From Candidatus Sungbacteria bacterium RIFCSPLOWO2_01_FULL_47_32 (GTDB lineage Bacteria > Patescibacteriota > Minisyncoccia > Sungbacterales > GWA2-42-14): 64,000 nt of DNA. A model generated the notes under the pieces. That model saw only the letters and a program-made list of their open reading frames with translations, did not search any database and had not been told where the DNA came from. This document shows, piece by piece, positions 37,837 through 47,265 of the stretch. The stretch lies in NCBI GenBank assembly GCA_001820685.1, contig MHQP01000018.1:13881-77880 (forward strand), read 5' to 3'. Both the position numbers and the translations under genes were made by a program. Each line of letters opens with the position of its first letter. The stretch's first letter is position 1.

Positions 37837-38378
37837 CATTGGAGTAGGACTGCTGTTAATAGGATTTATAAAGGTTTAGTAACCCCCAAGAGGGCATCTC
37901 AAATATACAAAGAGTTGTGGGCACAAGACCACCTTTTGTCCTCGAAAGCGATATTTATTTTTAGCTTACTTATACACAGTCTTCTTTCGCGATATGGGTT
38001 CGCATGCCATATAATAATAAAGTATGCAAGTAGAAACTTTAGACCGTTTTTAAAAGTTTGACTTGCCGGGGAGTCTAGCTCTAATTTGATAATCTGAAAA
38101 TCAAACCGGCACTAAAAAGTGACTACTCAAAAAACTTCGGTTGTTATTTTTTTATCTCCTCATTTCAAAGAGGGGGCTCGGTATTAGCCGTAAAGTTTTT
38201 TGGCGTTTTGGTTAAAAATTTTATTGCCGGATACCCTCTCATTGACCAAAGAAGAACTTCAGCAGTTTTCAATATGAGTGAATTTTCACCCTCTTAACGT
38301 CAAAACAACGCTCAATACTTTTAAAATTAAAATTTTCACGACAGCGTTTCTGGGCGCCGCAAGTTTGTTTAAGGCAAA

Positions 38379-41300
38379 ATGATGAAAAAAGTTCCAAAGT
38401 TTTTAAAGAAAGCTTCAAAATCTATTCTTATATTTATGCTCGCGGCGGGCTGGGGTTTTTTTGGCTGGCCGCAATTTTCAGGTTTTCCGCAAAAAATTCA
38501 CGAGGCTAAAGCCAGCCCGGGAGCGCGCGCCAAAACCGTAGAGATTCTTGCCGGGCAGTATGCCGGAGACGGCCTGGGCGGCCAGAATTCAAATACCAAT
38601 CAGTCATTCGCCGAATCAAACTTCAATCTCGCGGAATCAAGCGTTTCGGTAAAAAACGCTTTCGTGGTTGTTGAAATGCAGTTAAACGGCGCGGCGGACC
38701 GTGGCAATGCAACCGGTCACCTCCTCTCCTTTGACGCCTGCGCCAACCCCTGCACTGCCGACCCTTGGGCTGGCTCTGGCAGAGTGGAAGACAATCAGGG
38801 TTCAACCATACTGCAGTATCAGGATATAACCGGCGCCATGTATGTTCGGCTATTGATTGATGTGACCAAAGAAACCCAGCTTGCGGCATATACAGGTAGT
38901 GATAGCACCATGGATTTTATGGTTGGCTATCGGGTTAATAACGGCGCTACCGCCGCCACGATTGATTCTGCCAAAGCCAAGCTCTTTATCACCTACACCT
39001 ATGACGACACTTCAGCAAGCATCACGAATACTGTTATATATCCTTTAGAATCAACCGCTTCGGGCGATCAAGGGACAAGGCGCGCGTCCCAAGCAAGCGC
39101 CTGCACCAAAGGCACCAACTGTCCGACCTTTACCTACAACATGGACACCGCGGAATTTTCGGAAAAAATTTCCCAGTGGTTTGAGGTCGGCGGGTTCAAT
39201 GACCTAAACAGCGGCACCGATGTTACCCGCAATATCAATATCGAGGGCACGGACGTGGATTCTTCCACTTTCTATCATGAAGCGGCGCAGGCTTCTGGTC
39301 AGGGCAACTGGTCGCAGGCCTGGTGGTCAGGCGTTTCCGGCTTTGCTGAAAACACGGCCCAAACTCTGGAGCACTACTTTGCCGCCGGCACCCAGTATCT
39401 TATCGGTGGCGAGGTTTTTGAGACATATACCGCTTCTTCAAGCGCGGCAACCAAAACCCGGACAATTTCTTTTCCCATCGGTGTTATTACCAATGACATC
39501 CTCTCTACCGGAGTGGACTATTCCGCCACCACCACGGTTTATTTTGCCGAATCTGGAGTTTCTATCAAAAAGGCCTGGTTGAGAATTTTGGAAACGGGTG
39601 ACGACGCAACCGGCGCCCACACATTTTCCGTCAAAACCGAAGTTGGCGCGAACGCCCAATCCGCCGCCTCGGTCTATAATCAGGACACGCCCGCTGTCAT
39701 GATTATTATGACAAACCCAATTATTCATGTCATTCCTTCTTCCGATTACACGGAATTAGCGGCGGCAACCGCGTCTTCGGGCAAAGATGTTGGAGTGGCA
39801 GTGCAGTCAAACAGTGCGGAAATTGACGGCGTTTCCGCCGAGCTCATGATTACTTACACCTATACCGGAGAGGCAAACGGATATTTAACTTCTTTGGCTT
39901 CATTCGCGGGCCAGACCGCGACTGCCGGAGTTAGCCAGAGCGAAACATTGTCCAATATGGCGACCTCCACCCTGCCGGAAACTACCGGCGCTAAAACCAT
40001 GCGAGCCGCGGCTTTGAGAGCAAGTTACGCGGCATCAGAGTCAACCGCGGCCATGCTCCAAAGCGATAGTTTTACGGTTGATACTAATTTGTCCACCGGC
40101 TCTCCCACCTGTTCCAATGCGTACGAGAGCGCCACTGACCTTGCCGATGCGTATATGGAGTTTTATAAGCTTGTAACCAGCGCGATGAATACCACTGACG
40201 GACAGGAATACAGCGTGTGTTACACCAACGACGGCGCGGGGGACGCCCAAACCGGCGCCAAAATGAACGGCTGGCTAATTTACACTTATCAATGGGACGC
40301 GCCACCAAATATTTTTGTCTCTAGTGCAACACCAACGCTTGATGTTCGTGTTCCGCCTAGCAGTGCTACTACGACTGTTCCTGCAATAAAAATACTGGCG
40401 ACCGCCGCAAGCCAGATTACAACGTCAGGTATTCGGATAAATATAGACCCGAATTTCCCCCTTCTGTGGGATGGGGCGTGTTCGGGAAGCACTACCCCGG
40501 CGTTCTCTGGAAGTGCTGCCGGTAAAATTACCGCGGCAAATTCAGGATTTATCTGTTCGAGCGGTTCTGCGCGAACCTTCTATATAGATGTAGACACCAC
40601 ATTCGATTCCGGAGATGATATCATTATTACGAGCGGGGTGTCATGGGGCGCTACTTCAACGGCATTTGCCGCTTCAACGACACTATCGCTTTCTATAGAC
40701 GGCGGGGTAACCAGAGCAAAAACCGCGACATCGTCAATCGCAGTAAAAGGTATCTTGGCGGTTTCAGACCATTCCGCGGGACAAATTACCGACCAATTCG
40801 CCGACATGCTTGAAACCGAAACATCAACATCATCCGAACTTTTCAGATTCAAACTTGCGCCAAATGGCGAATCCGCCTCTACAACGCTAAAGCTGACATA
40901 TACAACTTCCGGCATTGACGACGGGGATATTGCTTCAGGCGATATCTACGTTGATACTGACGCCAACGGCAGAGTAAACGGAGCGGAAGCAACAGCCGGA
41001 TTTAACTGTAGTCCGCCTTCAGGCGGGACAATCACGTGCAACGGCACAACGACCGTAAGTGCCGCGACAAATTATATCTATAAAGCGACAGTCTCAAACC
41101 TTGCAACCGGAGATTCTATAACATTTGACACAATTTCAACTTCCAACGTGGTTGGTATCGGAGCAACAAGCAAAACATATACTTCGCGTCTCACCACAAC
41201 GGCAAGCATGAATTCGGCAACGCATCAGAAATCTAAAATTATTGCTTTTTCATCAGATTATTCTCAAAACTTTCTCTTAGACGGATCTCTTGCCGCTATG

Positions 41301-41819
41301 GCCCCTATCACCATACGCGTGTATGCAAACCAAAAGGCGACAACATCTACCGGATTTCGCATAAAAATTCCGACAACTCTTGATTTTACATGGGATATAA
41401 CTGATCAATCAGCCTCCACCGGAGGAAACGCGGCAAATAAAGTTGATGCGGTCGTCGTGTTCCCGGATACAAAGACTCTCTACATTACCATTAACACCGA
41501 TTTTATCGCGGGAGACGAAGTTCAGATCGGAGGTCTTTCATTTAAAAATTTTAGCAGCATATCAGGTCCGGATTCCTTACAGCTTTACACCGGAGGCGCG
41601 GATGACGCAGGTGTTGACGCAATAGACAATAAAATCAAGCAAGTCGTAGGCGTTATGGGAACCGGAGCCGCCACTGCGACTGACGCGGCACCCTTTGCAA
41701 TTCCTCTCGGCGGAGGGCTTCAAAATTCAGGGGTTGGAACTCCTGTTGAGCCTCCGCCATTTGAACAGCCACAGGGGGGCGGCACCGACCAGGGAGGCGG
41801 AACGACTCCGTCCGAGTAG
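38379..41819 (+). CDS. Large secreted Thr/Ser/Ala-rich repeat (surface) protein
   Basis: Signal peptide ending AKA, internal repeated beta-rich modules, Gly/Pro-rich C-terminus. 1146 aa. Confidence 0.85.
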   Translation: MMKKVPKFLKKASKSILIFMLAAGWGFFGWPQFSGFPQKIHEAKASPGARAKTVEILAGQYAGDGLGGQNSNTNQSFAESNFNLAESSVSVKNAFVVVEMQLNGAADRGNATGHLLSFDACANPCTADPWAGSGRVEDNQGSTILQYQDITGAMYVRLLIDVTKETQLAAYTGSDSTMDFMVGYRVNNGATAATIDSAKAKLFITYTYDDTSASITNTVIYPLESTASGDQGTRRASQASACTKGTNCPTFTYNMDTAEFSEKISQWFEVGGFNDLNSGTDVTRNINIEGTDVDSSTFYHEAAQASGQGNWSQAWWSGVSGFAENTAQTLEHYFAAGTQYLIGGEVFETYTASSSAATKTRTISFPIGVITNDILSTGVDYSATTTVYFAESGVSIKKAWLRILETGDDATGAHTFSVKTEVGANAQSAASVYNQDTPAVMIIMTNPIIHVIPSSDYTELAAATASSGKDVGVAVQSNSAEIDGVSAELMITYTYTGEANGYLTSLASFAGQTATAGVSQSETLSNMATSTLPETTGAKTMRAAALRASYAASESTAAMLQSDSFTVDTNLSTGSPTCSNAYESATDLADAYMEFYKLVTSAMNTTDGQEYSVCYTNDGAGDAQTGAKMNGWLIYTYQWDAPPNIFVSSATPTLDVRVPPSSATTTVPAIKILATAASQITTSGIRINIDPNFPLLWDGACSGSTTPAFSGSAAGKITAANSGFICSSGSARTFYIDVDTTFDSGDDIIITSGVSWGATSTAFAASTTLSLSIDGGVTRAKTATSSIAVKGILAVSDHSAGQITDQFADMLETETSTSSELFRFKLAPNGESASTTLKLTYTTSGIDDGDIASGDIYVDTDANGRVNGAEATAGFNCSPPSGGTITCNGTTTVSAATNYIYKATVSNLATGDSITFDTISTSNVVGIGATSKTYTSRLTTTASMNSATHQKSKIIAFSSDYSQNFLLDGSLAAMAPITIRVYANQKATTSTGFRIKIPTTLDFTWDITDQSASTGGNAANKVDAVVVFPDTKTLYITINTDFIAGDEVQIGGLSFKNFSSISGPDSLQLYTGGADDAGVDAIDNKIKQVVGVMGTGAATATDAAPFAIPLGGGLQNSGVGTPVEPPPFEQPQGGGTDQGGGTTPSE

Positions 41820-41848
41820 CTTCGGCTTATTTCGGCGGAGCACGCAAA

Positions 41849-41871
41849 GAAACACCCGATGGTGTTTTTTT
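41849..41871 (+). terminator. Intrinsic terminator
   Basis: GAAACACC-cgat-GGTGTTTTTTT. Confidence 0.7.
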
Positions 41872-41943
41872 GTTCTTTGTTGATAAAAATACTTCATTTT
41901 TGAACGGGGATACAGTATACTAATATGTGTAGCGCATCACCCT

Positions 41944-43518
41944 ATGTACGATATCCTCATTAAAAACGGCCTTGTTATTGACGGAACAAACTCGCTTCCA
42001 TCAGTCAAGGATATTGCCATAAACCAAGACTCTATTGCGGAGATTGCTGAAAACATACCCGTGGGCAAGGCCCTCGTCGTGATTGACGCGGTAAATAAAT
42101 TCGTGGCACCAGGCTTTATTGATGTTACGTCCCACTCCGACACAACATGGTCAATTTTTGACTATCCGGGACAGGAGAGCATGCTTACCCAAGGAGTTAC
42201 AACAATAGTTGGGGGAAATTGCGGTTCTTCCCTTGCTCCGCTCGGCAACAACGAAGCGATAAAGTCAATTCAAAAGTGGACTGACCTTTCAAAAATAAAC
42301 ACGAACTGGTCAAGCGTTTCGGAATTCCTTCACGAACTTTCAAGCCGCCAGCTCGGAGTTAATTTTGGAACGCTTCTCGGGCATGGAACTATGCGCCGGG
42401 GCATTATCGGAGACGCGATCAGGCCCTTGAACATCGAGGAAATAGAAAAAATAAAATATCTTACCGACCAGGGAATGAAAGACGGAGCTTTCGGAGTGTC
42501 AACTGGCCTTGGCAATTCTCACGAACAGGCGGCGTCAGCCGACGAAGTTATGAACTTTGTCCGCCTTCTTAAAGCATACGGCGGAATTTATAAACCCCAC
42601 CTGCGGTCAGAGGGACGGGAGGGATTGCTTGCCGCCATAAATGAAGTGGTCCGCATCGGACGCGAAACCGAAGTCCCTGTTTGTATTTCTCACCTGAAGG
42701 CAATTGGGAGAAGTGAGTGGAGTTATATCGGAAAAACCCTTGAGATGCTGAAGAATGCCGAGGAGGATGGTGTCACGATACGCTTTGACATATTCCCATA
42801 CCTTCGAACGGGTTCCCACCTCTACCAGCTTCTCCCACGATGGTCGCGAGAAGGCGGATTTGCGAAAATATTCGAGCGAATAAAAAGTATCGAGACACGG
42901 GAGAAAGTGATTTCCGATCTCAAGCGCTATACGCTTCACTATGATCGCATTATTGTAGCGTCGGCAAAAAATCCCGCGTTTGCAGGTAAAACAATCCTCC
43001 AGATAGCAATTTCGACGAACTTGCGACCGGAGGAGGCCTTAGTTGAACTCCTCCTTATCAACGAAGGAAGAATTTCGATATTCAATAAAAATATCTCCGC
43101 AAAAAACCTTCTCCGGCTTATACTTTCGCCAAACTCAATGATAGCAACCGATGGAGCGGGGTATTCTCTTGAGAACCGGAAAACCGGCAACCTTGTCCAC
43201 CCGCGCTCTTTCGGGACTTTTGTCCACTTTTTGCATCACTTTGTGCGGCAAGAGGGGAGACTTACGTGGGAACAAGCCATAACAAAAATATCTTCATTGC
43301 CGGCAACAACGCTTGGAATCAAGAACCGCGGGTTTCTCAAAAAGAAATTTTTTGCCGATGTGGTCGTATTCGACCCGATGAAGCTTGCCGACACATCAAC
43401 CTTCCGGAGCCCCTATTCATATTCAACCGGAATTGACTGGGTTGTCGTCAACGGCAAAATTGCTGTATCAAACGGTGAGATAACTTCATCCCGGGCCGGG
43501 AGGGTCCTGAAAAAATAA
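41944..43518 (+). CDS. N-acyl-D-amino-acid deacylase family amidohydrolase
   Basis: PGFIDVTSHSD, QGVTTIVGGNCG, HLRSE, SHLK, ATDG, HPRSFGTF, ADVVVFDP. Confidence 0.9.
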   Translation: MYDILIKNGLVIDGTNSLPSVKDIAINQDSIAEIAENIPVGKALVVIDAVNKFVAPGFIDVTSHSDTTWSIFDYPGQESMLTQGVTTIVGGNCGSSLAPLGNNEAIKSIQKWTDLSKINTNWSSVSEFLHELSSRQLGVNFGTLLGHGTMRRGIIGDAIRPLNIEEIEKIKYLTDQGMKDGAFGVSTGLGNSHEQAASADEVMNFVRLLKAYGGIYKPHLRSEGREGLLAAINEVVRIGRETEVPVCISHLKAIGRSEWSYIGKTLEMLKNAEEDGVTIRFDIFPYLRTGSHLYQLLPRWSREGGFAKIFERIKSIETREKVISDLKRYTLHYDRIIVASAKNPAFAGKTILQIAISTNLRPEEALVELLLINEGRISIFNKNISAKNLLRLILSPNSMIATDGAGYSLENRKTGNLVHPRSFGTFVHFLHHFVRQEGRLTWEQAITKISSLPATTLGIKNRGFLKKKFFADVVVFDPMKLADTSTFRSPYSYSTGIDWVVVNGKIAVSNGEITSSRAGRVLKK

Positions 43519-43566
43519 TTATATGAGCACAAGAGATCCGCCGGGTTCTCTTTTGTTTTCTGGAAC

Positions 43567-44952
43567 ATGCGGTCTTTTTTGCGATTCAAGAAGAAGGCGG
43601 TGCTCATCATGGGCATTGGTCTGAATGAGGGCGGAGCAGGCGTCGTACGCTTTTTTTTGCGCCGTGGAGCAGAGGTTACCGCAACAGACCTCAAGCCGGC
43701 ATCTCTCCTCAAACCCACTCTTCGGGCTATCAACACATATGCAAAAAAATTGGGAATTCCGAAACATTCTCTTCGTTTTGTCTTAGGGGGGCACACGAAA
43801 GCAGACTTTAGAAAGGCGGACCTCATCATAAAGGGGCCTGGAGTGCCGGACAGCTCTCCGTATCTTGCTATTGCGCGAAAACGCGATATTCCGATAGCGA
43901 CCGATATGGAAATTTTTTTTGCGGAGTGTCAGGCTCCCATCATCGGCGTTACGGGAAGCAAGGGGAAATCAACAACCGCTTCTCTCATCGCGCATATTCT
44001 TAAAAAAGCGGGAAAAAAAGTTGTTCTTGCCGGCAATATCGGCGCGTCCTGCCTTGACACGCTCGACTTGATAACGCCGGAAACACGTGTCGTACTCGAG
44101 CTTTCAAGCTGGCAGCTTGAAGGACTTCAAAATTCAAAAAAAAGCCCCCACATTGCTGTTATTACGAATGTTCTCAAGGAGCATCTTAACCGATATAGTA
44201 ACTTTACTGCATACGCAAAAGCAAAATCGCTCGTCTGCGCATTTCAAAAAGAAGATGATTATTGCATCATTAATAAGAAAGCAGATCCCCTTAGGCCATT
44301 CTTAAAAAAAATTAAATCGCGCATACTGTTTTTTCCGGATTCAAAAAAAAGAAATATTCCAAAAGTAAGGAACTCCGCTTTGGAGGGTGAACACAATCTT
44401 GAAAATATCTGGGCGACAGTACTTGCATGCCGCCGTGCGGGGATTCCGGATCGGGTTATCAAAATTGGGCTGAACTCCTACCGCGGGCTTCCCGGACGAC
44501 AGGAACGCGTCGCCATAGTCAGGGGGGTGGCGTATTATAACGATACGACAGCAACGATGCCGGACGCCGCAATTGCAGCACTCAAGACACTCCAGCCGAA
44601 GCCGCCCGCGTCTATCATCCTTATTGCCGGAGGAACGGATAAAAAACTTGATTTCAAGACTCTTTCGCGCGAAATAGTTTCTACGGTTCGCGTTTTGATA
44701 TTTCTGCCGGGAAATGCGACTGACGCAATGAAAATGGAGTTGCGAAAAATAGTGATGACCCGTAAAAAAATCAGCGTATTCGACGCGAGAACCATAGGAG
44801 AGGCTGTTCGAATTGCTTGCCACTCTGCAACAAAAGGGGATAGGGTTCTCCTTTCACCTGGAGCAGCGAGCTTCGGCCTTTTTCAAAACGAATTTGACAG
44901 AGGAAAACAGTTTGTAAACAGTGTTCGCACCCTGTACGCACGGGCTAAGTAA
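43567..44952 (+). CDS. murD: UDP-N-acetylmuramoyl-L-alanine--D-glutamate ligase
   Basis: GVTGSKGKSTT, GNIG, ELSSWQL, EHLNRY, YNDT, LSPGAASF, FDRG. Confidence 0.95.
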   Translation: MRSFLRFKKKAVLIMGIGLNEGGAGVVRFFLRRGAEVTATDLKPASLLKPTLRAINTYAKKLGIPKHSLRFVLGGHTKADFRKADLIIKGPGVPDSSPYLAIARKRDIPIATDMEIFFAECQAPIIGVTGSKGKSTTASLIAHILKKAGKKVVLAGNIGASCLDTLDLITPETRVVLELSSWQLEGLQNSKKSPHIAVITNVLKEHLNRYSNFTAYAKAKSLVCAFQKEDDYCIINKKADPLRPFLKKIKSRILFFPDSKKRNIPKVRNSALEGEHNLENIWATVLACRRAGIPDRVIKIGLNSYRGLPGRQERVAIVRGVAYYNDTTATMPDAAIAALKTLQPKPPASIILIAGGTDKKLDFKTLSREIVSTVRVLIFLPGNATDAMKMELRKIVMTRKKISVFDARTIGEAVRIACHSATKGDRVLLSPGAASFGLFQNEFDRGKQFVNSVRTLYARAK

Positions 44953-45023
44953 AATAAATAAGATTTATTTTTAAAGTTTCAAACAGCAAATAATTTTGAG
45001 TATTTCATTTTTAACTTTTGCGT

Positions 45024-46112
45024 ATGTCTCGAGTTGATCAGCCGCTGCTTTTCATTGCTGCCACTCTTGTATTGCTTGGCGTGTTTGTCTTGTCTTCCGC
45101 TTCGGTTGTAATATCCCAAAGAGCTTATGGAACACCATATCTATTTACGCTTCGGCAGATTACCTATGCACTCGTTTTCGGTTCTCTCACAGTTTTTTTG
45201 TTCCAGGCAATATCGTACCGGTTCTGGAGAAAGGTGGCGCTTCCGCTTCTTCTTGCGGCACTCTTTTTATCGTTTCTTGTTTTTCTGCCAAAGATCGGTA
45301 TTGAGCACGGAGGCGCGCGGCGCTGGATAAACCTTTTCTTCATAACCATCCAGCCCGCCGAAATATTAAAATTCGCGTTTATCGTATACCTCTCAACCTG
45401 GCTTGACTCGCGCAGAAGCCACCCAAAGACCGTAAGAGGAGCTCTTGTTCCGTTCATTGTAATGATGGGTGTTCTCTCTGTTTTTCTTATTCAGCAGCCC
45501 GACATAGGCACGCTTGGCATTATTCTCGGCACAAGCATTCTTTTATATTTTTTGGGAGGGGGGAAAATGACCCAGGTCTTGGCGCTCGTCGGCATCGGGC
45601 TTATCGTACTCTGTTTTCTTGTTCTGGCGGCACCGTATCGTCTTGAACGCTTTAAAATATTTCTTGACCCGAATCTTGACCCGAGCGGCTCGGGGTACCA
45701 AATGAAACAATCCCTCATCGCCATTGGATCGGGCGGTTTTTGGGGCAAGGGTTTCGGAAAGGGAATACAAAAATATAACTACCTCCCGGAGCCGATCGGT
45801 GACTCGGTATTCGCTATCTTCGGTGAAGAAATGGGCTTCGTAGGAGCAGCTGTTCTTTTGGGTCTTTTTTTGCTCTTTTTGCGGCGCGGTATCTATATTG
45901 CAGAACATGCTCCTGACTTTTTTGGTACATTGCTCGCGTTTGGCTTTACCATCGGGATATTAGTCCAGGCAGTTGTGAATATCGGGGCAATATCCGGCAT
46001 TCTCCCGCTTACCGGCGTTCCGTTGCCCTTCATTAGTTATGGCGGAACATCCCTTATTACAAATCTTGCCGGGATCGGGATCCTTTTGAATATTTCAAAA
46101 CACATGTCATAA
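45024..46112 (+). CDS. ftsW: SEDS peptidoglycan polymerase FtsW
   Basis: GARRWI, QPAEILK, QPDIGT, SGYQ, LPEPIGDSVFA, TGVPLPFISYGG. Lies between murD and murG. Confidence 0.93.
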   Translation: MSRVDQPLLFIAATLVLLGVFVLSSASVVISQRAYGTPYLFTLRQITYALVFGSLTVFLFQAISYRFWRKVALPLLLAALFLSFLVFLPKIGIEHGGARRWINLFFITIQPAEILKFAFIVYLSTWLDSRRSHPKTVRGALVPFIVMMGVLSVFLIQQPDIGTLGIILGTSILLYFLGGGKMTQVLALVGIGLIVLCFLVLAAPYRLERFKIFLDPNLDPSGSGYQMKQSLIAIGSGGFWGKGFGKGIQKYNYLPEPIGDSVFAIFGEEMGFVGAAVLLGLFLLFLRRGIYIAEHAPDFFGTLLAFGFTIGILVQAVVNIGAISGILPLTGVPLPFISYGGTSLITNLAGIGILLNISKHMS

Positions 46113-46144
46113 TCTAAGTATTATCCGATAATCTGCTTTTTGTT

Positions 46145-47263
46145 ATGAGGGTACTTTTTACGGGAGGCGGAACGGGAGGCCACATGTTTCCCCTTATCGC
46201 TGTTGCCCGCGAACTTAAGCGGGTTGCCGAGGAAGAACGCATTCTTGATGTACAGTTTTTTTACATGGGCCCGCTTACGGTAGGGGATGAAGACCTTAAA
46301 AAAGAAGATATTTTGTATTACCCGATACTCGCAGGAAAAATGCGGCGCTACTTTTCCATTATGAACTTTATTGATATTTTTAAGACCGGAATCGGCATTA
46401 TCCAGTCGGCTTGGCATTTGTTTATTCTGGTCCCGGACATCATATTCTCCAAAGGAGGATACGGCAGTTTTCCGGTTCTTTTAATCGCGCGTATCTACAG
46501 GATACCCGTCGTCATTCACGAATCCGATTCGGTTCCCGGACGCGTCAATACGTGGGCAGGCAAATTCGCCCGGAGAATAGCCATCGCGTTCCAGAGCGCT
46601 GCAAAGTATTTTCCGGCGGATCGAACCGCGTTACTTGGAAATCCGGTGCGTACCCGCATTCTTGGAGGAAGAGCGGATGCCTCAAAAGAAGCGCTTTCAA
46701 TATTGTCTGGCGACCCAGTCATTTTTGTAACAGGAGGCTCGCAAGGAGCGGAAAAGATAAACCAAACCATAACCGGCATTCTGCCCGATCTATTGAAGAA
46801 GTATGAGGTTATCCATCAGGTCGGCAAAGCAAATCTTGAAGCGGTGAAGTTTGAAACAACAACACTCCTCGAACACTCCGAGAAGCTGAAATATCACTTA
46901 TTCGGATTTCTTGACGAAACAAAACTCCGTGAGGCGTATGCCGCCTCTGACCTCGTTATTGCACGCGGAGGAGCTTCTGCTATTTTTGAGGTCGCGGCTC
47001 TCGCCAAACCTTCTATCATCATTCCGCTGAAAAACTCCGCGCAAGACCACCAGCGCGAAAATGCCTACGAATACGGCCGAGCCGGCGCATGCGTTGTTAT
47101 TGAAGAGGCAAATCTTTCTCCCCACCTTCTGTATTCGGAGGTTGAACGCATCTTCGGAGACGCCGAGCTTCGTAAAAAAATGAACGAGGCCGCGCGCAAT
47201 TTTGCACGGATGGACGCCTCCGAACTAATCGCGCGCGAGATTTTGAAACTCGGACTTCACTAG
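46145..47263 (+). CDS. murG: Lipid II GlcNAc transferase
   Basis: GGGTGGH, GGYGS, HESD, GNPVR, GGSQGA, HQRENA. Confidence 0.96.
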   Translation: MRVLFTGGGTGGHMFPLIAVARELKRVAEEERILDVQFFYMGPLTVGDEDLKKEDILYYPILAGKMRRYFSIMNFIDIFKTGIGIIQSAWHLFILVPDIIFSKGGYGSFPVLLIARIYRIPVVIHESDSVPGRVNTWAGKFARRIAIAFQSAAKYFPADRTALLGNPVRTRILGGRADASKEALSILSGDPVIFVTGGSQGAEKINQTITGILPDLLKKYEVIHQVGKANLEAVKFETTTLLEHSEKLKYHLFGFLDETKLREAYAASDLVIARGGASAIFEVAALAKPSIIIPLKNSAQDHQRENAYEYGRAGACVVIEEANLSPHLLYSEVERIFGDAELRKKMNEAARNFARMDASELIAREILKLGLH

Positions 47264-47265
47264 TT

